In this document: positions 58,454 to 64,000 of the stretch, one piece after another
How positions within the stretch are numbered: position 1 is the stretch's first letter
How the letters are laid out: each line of letters starts with the position of its first letter
Assembly (NCBI GenBank): GCA_003152105.1
Contig: PLZJ01000002.1
Coordinates: 753,713 to 817,712, forward strand
Source: Candidatus Levyibacteriota bacterium
GTDB taxonomy: Bacteria > Patescibacteriota > Microgenomatia > Levybacterales > UBA12049
Direction of reading: 5' to 3'
DNA length: 64,000 bases
Position numbers and translations under genes: made by a program
The notes under the pieces: model-generated
What the model was told of the DNA's origin: nothing
The model's database searches: none
What the model saw: only the letters and a program-made list of their open reading frames with translations

Positions 58454-58540
58454 GCTAGCGGCCCGTTCTTACAAATTCCATCTACATTATAACAATGACA
58501 ATTAACAATAACAACAAAATGCAGCTTTTTCGTAATCTGT

Positions 58541-58765
58541 CTATTTTCCGTTTATTGAAGCCAGCAGAAGCAACGATATAAAAAGCATTGATGAAAGACT
58601 AACAATAAGCTGTAGCTTAGATAATCTTTGAATGCTAATTGGCGTTTTTAAGTGAATCGAATGTTCGGCATTTTTAGCACCGTGGAGATACAATAAGTTA
58701 AATATTACAGAACTTAGTATAGTAAAAATACTAAGTGCATAAAAAATTGTATATATATTCATCAT
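58541..58765 (-). CDS. small 2-TM membrane protein
   Basis: The 74-aa ORF overlaps the upstream gene end by 4 nt, suggesting an operon. Its two hydrophobic helices could equally be chance hydrophobic sequence. Confidence 0.3.
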   Translation of the reverse strand: MMNIYTIFYALSIFTILSSVIFNLLYLHGAKNAEHSIHLKTPISIQRLSKLQLIVSLSSMLFISLLLLASINGK

Positions 58766-59385
58766 GTAAATGTTTCGTCAAAATAAGCAAAATTATTTCG
58801 TCGACTTGTATCTCTATACCACATTTCTCCTTGTGGATAATAGTGACCACGCTGCGCATACTCATTTGATAAATGAATCCCGATAACTCTTGAGTTTCTA
58901 ATATTTTCCAAATAAAAGATATCATGGTGCGTAGGACGATCAAAAGTTATAGCAATATTACCCATATCTATAAAATCCGATATTAATCCACTTTTTAACG
59001 TATCTATTTCAGTGCATTTAACTTGATCTAAAAGTACTTGATCTTGATTAAAAGATGCAAGTGGTGAATATCTTACCTCAAGTATTTTTCTCGTTGTTGC
59101 TATATACAAATTAAAATACCAATCAATAAATATTTTAATCAGTAATGAAATAAAAACATTTACTATTGTTATAACAACGGTAAATGCAATCAGCTCTGAT
59201 GAAAAAGATATTATAAACAAATAGACAGAAGCAACAATTCCTAAAAGACTGATAAATGCTAGTGAAAGAAGGGGACCAAGAAGTATAAGGGGATGTTTTC
59301 TAGTAACAACAAGGAGTCGCTCATTTGGCATTGTCAGAAATTTTCGCCAATCTCCCGAGATCACATATTTATTTACATCTTGCAC
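58762..59385 (-). CDS. membrane-flanked bacterial PH-domain protein (bPH_2/YdbT-like)
   Basis: Two TM helices (LILLGPLLSLAFISLLGIVASVYLFIISF; AFTVVITIVNVFISLLIKIF) are followed by a soluble region with the ..YRITnrRi... style pattern (YIATTRKILEVRY). Confidence 0.4.
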   Translation of the reverse strand: MQDVNKYVISGDWRKFLTMPNERLLVVTRKHPLILLGPLLSLAFISLLGIVASVYLFIISFSSELIAFTVVITIVNVFISLLIKIFIDWYFNLYIATTRKILEVRYSPLASFNQDQVLLDQVKCTEIDTLKSGLISDFIDMGNIAITFDRPTHHDIFYLENIRNSRVIGIHLSNEYAQRGHYYPQGEMWYRDTSRRNNFAYFDETFT

Positions 59386-59522
59386 CCAAGCCTCCTTTCT
59401 TTAATAATTTAGACCAAATTAATAGTCTATGGATAAATACGTAATTATTAGTAGTATAAACTTATATTGTAAATTTTGATTAAGAGTAAAGAAAGAGTTA
59501 TGTAATAAATTATAGTACTCTG

Positions 59523-59596
59523 TGCAGCCCCGACAGGGATCGAACCTGCAACCTACGGTTCCGAAGACCGTCGCTCTATCCAATTGAGCTACAGGG
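59523..59596 (-). tRNA. tRNA-Arg (anticodon TCG)
   Basis: The reverse complement reads AGCCCTGTAGCTCAATTGGATAGAGCGACGGTCTTCGGAACCGTAGGTTGCAGGTTCGATCCCTGTCGGGGCTG, with anticodon arm ACGGT-CTTCGGA-ACCGT. Confidence 0.7.
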
Positions 59597-59693
59597 CTAG
59601 AGGATATCTAGTATTCTAGCAAAACATTGTCAGAACTTCAATAAAACTTAAGGACAAGATACTAAAAATAGTATATAATGTTGAGATAATTTT

Positions 59694-62042
59694 ATGAAAG
59701 AGGCGTATCAGAAAATTAAATTTTTCATAGGTTGGCCTTTATCACTTTTAGCCATATATTTCATTTATAAATTAATCTCCTCGAAATTTTCAGATATTAT
59801 TCCAAATATTTTACATAGCAATTTCTATTTATTAACACTTAGTTTACTAAGTTTTATTTTGTACTATTTTATTCGAGCATATATATGGCAAGAACTTATA
59901 CAAAATGAGGCTACTAAAATTCCACTTAAGCATGTGTCATTTTATTGGGCTATATCTGAGGCCAAGCGCTATATCCCAGGAAATGTGTGGTCTTTTTTAG
60001 GAAGAGTAAACCAATTTGAACGGTTTAAATTAAGTAATAAAAAAATTCTTACGCTTATGTATTACGAAATACAACTTATACTACTGAGTTCAGTACTACT
60101 GTCGTTACTTAGCTTACCAATTGCATATATTTTTTTTCATATTACAATTAATAGATCACTCTTTTACTCCTTAGCAACGCTTCTTGTAACACTAATTGCA
60201 CTTTTGACAGTTTGTGGCAAAGCTTTTACTTCCAGAATAAGTTCTCGTTTTCTTTTGCCTTATTCAAAAACTGAAAACTTTAGATTATTGGCTTTATATT
60301 CTGTTGCATTTTTACTGTATGGGATTGGCACTTATTTTTCGATTGTTGCGATACTTCCTTTAACTCCTAGGTATTTTTTTGAATTTTGTGGTTTTTTTAC
60401 TTCATCACTGCTTATTGGCTATGTAACATTAATAACTCCTACAGGACTTGGTGTTAGAGAAGCAGTTACAACTGCTGGTTTATCTTTATTTCTCCCAACC
60501 AGTAGTGCGGCTCTGGCATCATTGTTTTCCCGTTTAATGCTTATCATTGGAGAATTATTGTTCATAGGCATTGCATTTTTATGGCATAAATCAAAAACAA
60601 TACTTTTGACAAAAGTTGAAAAATTTGTTTCTAACAACAAGCAGCTGAGCATACTTTGCTTTTTGTTCATACTATTTGTTTTATATTTTAGCGTACTTAG
60701 TATATTAAGATATAATAATTTTTATACTGGACGATTTGATTTAGGTAATATGGATCAAGCTGTATGGAATACAGCACATGGAAGAATTTTTCAAATCACC
60801 GATCCAAATGGGACTGATATAATATCACGACTTGCTTATCATGCAGATTTTCTTTTAATATTATTTGCCCCTTTTTATTATATTTGGTCAGATCCACGAA
60901 TGCTTTTATTGCTACAAACAGTAATTGTTGGCATTGGATCGTTTTATTTATATTTTTTTGCTCAATCTATTTTAAAAAACAAAAATCTGGCACTATTAAT
61001 TGCTTTTACATATCTTATGTATTCGCCTCTCGAAAATTCTATTCTTTTTGACTTTCATGCAGTAACGGTTGCAACTACTTTTCTCATTGCATCATTTTAT
61101 TATCTTGAAAAAAAGAAGTATATTTTCTTTTCATTATTTCTTATACTTGCGTGTCTGTCTAAAGAAGAAATATGGTTAATAGCCTCATTATTTGGGTTGT
61201 ATATATTACTTAAAAAACCTTTTAAAAAAATTGGCTTCATAATGACTGTAGTTTCATTTGCTATATTTTATTTCTTAGTAGACTTCGCAATACCACATAG
61301 TAAAGGTACGCAACATTTTGCGTTGTCTTATTATTCAGATTTTGGAGACAAACCGTCTAATGTAATTCGAAACATTTTACTCAATCCTATAAAAACATTT
61401 GGCATTTTATTTCAACAAGAACAATTATCGTATGTTTTTAAACTTTTACTGCCACTTGGATTTTTACCATTACTTTTTCCAGCAGCAATTATTTTTGCAG
61501 CCCCAGACTTACTTATCGATCTTCTTAGTAATAATTCAAATGCACACCAAATATACTATCAATACACTGCACCTATTACTCCATTTTTATTTATTGCTTC
61601 TATATATGGCGTATTTCACTTTTTAAAAAAGTTTCCCAAGATTCCACCACTTGTAATTGGTTTATATCTTTTTATTACAACCATTTTTTCCGCATACACG
61701 CTTGGACCATTACCACAATCACTCAAACCAAACATAGATATGCTTATAAAACCACTCTGGTATGCACACGATATAGATAAGTTTCTTTCTCAAATTCCAA
61801 AAAGCTATTCAATAGCCGCAACTAATAATCTTGGCTCTCATTTATCCAGAAGACAAAAGATTTTTACTATACCAGTTGGCGTTGAAAAGGCAGATATTGT
61901 AGCTTTTTTATTAAATGACCCATTTGCGCAACCTTCCTTAAAACAACAAAAGGCTATGGCAGAAGATCTCAAGACAAAGGAAGATGACAAATATACCTTA
62001 TTATATGAAGAAAAAGATTTTATCGTTTTTACTGCAAAGTAA
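59694..62042 (+). CDS. polytopic membrane fusion: N-terminal lysyl-PG-synthase-TM/flippase-like (YbhN/UPF0104) domain + C-terminal DUF2079 (GT-C-like) domain
   Basis: The N-terminus has WAISEAKRYIPGNVWSFLGRV and PTGLGVREAVTTAGLSLFL, the UPF0104 hallmark. The C-terminus starts at RYNNFYTGRFDLGNMDQAVWNTAHGRIF, the DUF2079 N-terminal pattern. More than 20 TM helices are predicted. Confidence 0.5.
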   Translation: MKEAYQKIKFFIGWPLSLLAIYFIYKLISSKFSDIIPNILHSNFYLLTLSLLSFILYYFIRAYIWQELIQNEATKIPLKHVSFYWAISEAKRYIPGNVWSFLGRVNQFERFKLSNKKILTLMYYEIQLILLSSVLLSLLSLPIAYIFFHITINRSLFYSLATLLVTLIALLTVCGKAFTSRISSRFLLPYSKTENFRLLALYSVAFLLYGIGTYFSIVAILPLTPRYFFEFCGFFTSSLLIGYVTLITPTGLGVREAVTTAGLSLFLPTSSAALASLFSRLMLIIGELLFIGIAFLWHKSKTILLTKVEKFVSNNKQLSILCFLFILFVLYFSVLSILRYNNFYTGRFDLGNMDQAVWNTAHGRIFQITDPNGTDIISRLAYHADFLLILFAPFYYIWSDPRMLLLLQTVIVGIGSFYLYFFAQSILKNKNLALLIAFTYLMYSPLENSILFDFHAVTVATTFLIASFYYLEKKKYIFFSLFLILACLSKEEIWLIASLFGLYILLKKPFKKIGFIMTVVSFAIFYFLVDFAIPHSKGTQHFALSYYSDFGDKPSNVIRNILLNPIKTFGILFQQEQLSYVFKLLLPLGFLPLLFPAAIIFAAPDLLIDLLSNNSNAHQIYYQYTAPITPFLFIASIYGVFHFLKKFPKIPPLVIGLYLFITTIFSAYTLGPLPQSLKPNIDMLIKPLWYAHDIDKFLSQIPKSYSIAATNNLGSHLSRRQKIFTIPVGVEKADIVAFLLNDPFAQPSLKQQKAMAEDLKTKEDDKYTLLYEEKDFIVFTAK

Positions 62043-62052
62043 GATAAATAAT

Positions 62053-62862
62053 CTATTTTGTTAGTAAAAGAGGAGAGAGTGCTTTAGCCAATTTTTCTGC
62101 AATACCTTTTTCTCCTATGACAACACTATAAACATATTTTCCAGACTCTTGTTTCATATCTGGTGGTTTTGAAATATATACACAAGAAAGCCCTGCTTCT
62201 TGAGCAATTAAAACGGGGGCTGCAATATCCCAAATTGCTTCATTTAGCATCATAGTTATATCCATTCTTCCAAGTGCTGTCATGGCTCCATGAAAACAGG
62301 TAGCGCGATAATTTGCTGGAACTCCACAAATTGCAGAAACGGTTTCTATAACTTTTACTTTAGTCTTCGTATCACCAATAAATCCGAAAGTGATAAAGGG
62401 TTTTGGTTTAACAAAACTTTTTCGAAGTACTTTTTTTCCATTATAAAACATACCTTTGCCTGAAAATGCATGAATAGTTTCCCTTAATATTGGAAAAGAA
62501 ATAATACTATAAATTGGTTCATTGCCCTTCCAAAGTGCAATCATCGTTCCAAAAATTGGAATATTATGTGCAAAATTGTTCGTTCCATCAATTGGATCTA
62601 TAATCCAGTTATATTCTTTGATGTTTTGTTTTCCTTCTTCAGTAATAAAACCAATTTCTTTTGAAATCTTACGTAAGCTAGTTCGAAGATAGGAATCTAT
62701 TTCTTTATCAGTTTTTGTTAAAATTGCATTTGAAAACGCATATCCTTTTTTCCATTCAAGTGTAGTTTCTTCTTGAAACGCCTTATAAATGAGCTTATCT
62801 GTCTTTTTAAGAATTGCAGAAACGCTTCTGTGTATTTCTTGGAGTGGAACTGGAGTATTCAT
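62053..62862 (-). CDS. inositol monophosphatase family protein (SuhB/CysQ/FBPase-like)
   Basis: The metal-binding motif WIIDPIDGTNNFAHNIPIFGTMIAL (W..DP.DGT) is followed by the C-terminal WDIAAP.LIAQEAG. Confidence 0.8.
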   Translation of the reverse strand: MNTPVPLQEIHRSVSAILKKTDKLIYKAFQEETTLEWKKGYAFSNAILTKTDKEIDSYLRTSLRKISKEIGFITEEGKQNIKEYNWIIDPIDGTNNFAHNIPIFGTMIALWKGNEPIYSIISFPILRETIHAFSGKGMFYNGKKVLRKSFVKPKPFITFGFIGDTKTKVKVIETVSAICGVPANYRATCFHGAMTALGRMDITMMLNEAIWDIAAPVLIAQEAGLSCVYISKPPDMKQESGKYVYSVVIGEKGIAEKLAKALSPLLLTK

Positions 62863-62894
62863 TATGTAGAGTATAGCAAAAATGATACTATCTT

Positions 62895-63332
62895 TTATTT
62901 TTTATGAATAGTAAGTGAATGAAGCTTTAATTTTTCTAAATATGAGTTTATATATTTTCTATGTATGGTGTGTATTTGCTTTTTAACAAATTTTCTGGGT
63001 ATCAAGCATATAAAAGACGCAATACCTGCTATTATCAGGTTATCTATGTTTGCACTTACTGAATCTACTCCATTACTAAGCAAAGCTATAAATCCAAATA
63101 TAATCGAAGCAGTTACAGCAGCTCTGATTCGATTTATTTTTTTGATTTTTGATGTATTTTTCTTAGTAAATAGCCTTGAATCACCAATAGCATAGCCAAT
63201 AAAGGTAAAAAGAAGTAAATTTACAAAAAATAAGGCAAAATGCATAGTTGGCAGATAATAGCAAAGAAATGACCAAAAATCAACTATAGGTTTAGTTTGC
63301 TTTGTGCCTAATCGTGCCTGTAAACATAGCAA
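62895..63332 (-). CDS. hypothetical membrane protein
   Basis: It has three or four hydrophobic helices and no motif. Confidence 0.35.
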   Translation of the reverse strand: MLCLQARLGTKQTKPIVDFWSFLCYYLPTMHFALFFVNLLLFTFIGYAIGDSRLFTKKNTSKIKKINRIRAAVTASIIFGFIALLSNGVDSVSANIDNLIIAGIASFICLIPRKFVKKQIHTIHRKYINSYLEKLKLHSLTIHKK

Positions 63333-63381
63333 TTACTCCCTTGAATTGCTATTTATCCTATAAAATGCTATTATATATAGA

Positions 63382-63400
63382 CCGCGGGAGCGGTTTTTTT
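63382..63400 (+). promoter_or_regulatory. GC hairpin + T7 run immediately upstream of typA (terminator-like/attenuator-like element)
   Basis: CCGCGGGAGCGG (stem CCGC/GCGG) is followed by TTTTTTT and ends 7 nt before the typA ATG. Confidence 0.3.
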
Positions 63401-63407
63401 ATAGACT

Positions 63408-64000
63408 ATGCAAATTAGAAACGTCGCAATCATCGCACACGTTGATCACGGAAAAACTACCTTGGTTGACGCACTTTTGAAGCAATCAAAAACCAAACTA
63501 CACAAAGATTCTTCTGAATCTCTTATTATGGATTCAAATGAACTTGAAAAAGAAAGAGGAATAACGATATTTTCCAAAAATGCCTCAGTCATCTTTAATA
63601 ATACTAAAATTAATATTATAGATACTCCAGGACATGCAGATTTTGGTGGAGAAGTAGAAAGAGTCCTTAAAATGGCTGATGGCTGCTTGCTACTTGTTGA
63701 TGCAAAAGAAGGACCAATGCCGCAAACACGCTTTGTCTTAAAAAAAGCCCTCCAAATGAAGCACAAAATTATCGTTGTGGTAAATAAGATAGATAAAAGT
63801 GATCAAAGAGTACATTATGTATTAGATAAGACGCTTGATTTATTCTTAGAACTGGGCGCAGATGATGTAACTGCTGATTTTCCAATAATTTACGCTTCAG
63901 CAAAAAGAGGCGTTGCAGGTCTAGATGATAATTTGGAAAATATGACTGATATTACACCAGTATTTGACACTATTATTAAAGAAATTCCAGCTCCCTCTGG
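63408..64000 (+). CDS. typA: translational GTPase TypA/BipA (N-terminal part; continues beyond the window)
   Basis: [27 protein letters not shown]...[22 protein letters not shown]...[44 protein letters not shown] matches BipA almost residue for residue. Confidence 0.85.
   Translation, partial: MQIRNVAIIAHVDHGKTTLVDALLKQSKTKLHKDSSESLIMDSNELEKERGITIFSKNASVIFNNTKINIIDTPGHADFGGEVERVLKMADGCLLLVDAKEGPMPQTRFVLKKALQMKHKIIVVVNKIDKSDQRVHYVLDKTLDLFLELGADDVTADFPIIYASAKRGVAGLDDNLENMTDITPVFDTIIKEIPAPS

Noticed and set aside
63446-63766. 106-aa minus-strand ORF
   Set aside because: It is entirely antisense to the strongly conserved typA coding region.
1-64000. Alternative genetic code (UGA recoding, as in some CPR lineages)
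   Set aside because: TGA terminates well-aligned genes at the expected C-termini (pyrG at 3406-3408, pyk at 5206-5208), and no conserved protein requires read-through.

Overview
This is a low-GC (about 35%) bacterial window with short intergenic spacers and no Shine-Dalgarno-like motifs ahead of start codons. Several genes sit directly on their -10 boxes (leaderless). The proteins look reduced, with a type IV pilin, archaeal-type enzymes and giant PT-linker surface proteins, and together these suggest a small-genome bacterium such as Patescibacteria/CPR. That lineage call is an inference. TGA is an ordinary stop (pyrG, pyk). I saw no rRNA, no CRISPR array and no recognisable transposase.

The content is mostly housekeeping. 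A glycolysis set is present: pyk, eno, gpmA, a PpsA-like gene, a PGI/PMI-like gene and a PGM/PMM gene. Other housekeeping genes include pyrG, rplS, ddl, rsmI, cysS, obg, rnhB, secG, yvcK, suhB-like and typA (partial). Nucleotide-excision repair is unusually complete in one window: uvrB diverges from lexA, uvrA is present, and uvrC is short and lacks its HhH domain. There are five tRNAs: Gly-CCC, Glu-TTC, Lys-TTT, Lys-CTT and Arg-TCG.

The accessory or unusual content is as follows.

1. A compact FAS-II-like cluster spans 41778-47872. It carries a FabH-like gene, a SAM methyltransferase, a FabF/B-like ketosynthase, an SDR(Y-x6-K)-hotdog fusion and a FabG-like SDR. Three of its genes begin with a near-identical ATGAGYCCAGAACAA 5' sequence, and no ACP or FabD is visible.

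2. A PpsA-like protein has its phospho-histidine motif (GGRTSH) replaced by AASPST.

3. Giant surface CAZyme-like proteins with Pro/Thr tandem-repeat linkers and CBM-like domains lie at 47953-55385. One of them is split by a 1-nt frameshift in an A7 tract.

4. A BrnT/BrnA toxin-antitoxin pair sits next to a 624-aa orphan acidic protein and tRNA-Lys. The toxin N-terminus is interrupted by an in-frame TAA, and a perfect 17-bp palindrome overlaps the predicted promoter.

5. A four-gene sensory module pairs a polytopic membrane protein and a small protein with a soluble GAF histidine kinase and an orphan receiver.

6. Other items are a DUF2130/RmuC-like coiled-coil PD-(D/E)xK protein, an LPG-synthase-TM plus DUF2079 fusion, an archaeal-type pyruvoyl arginine decarboxylase, and a 41-aa highly basic ORF missed by the ORF track.
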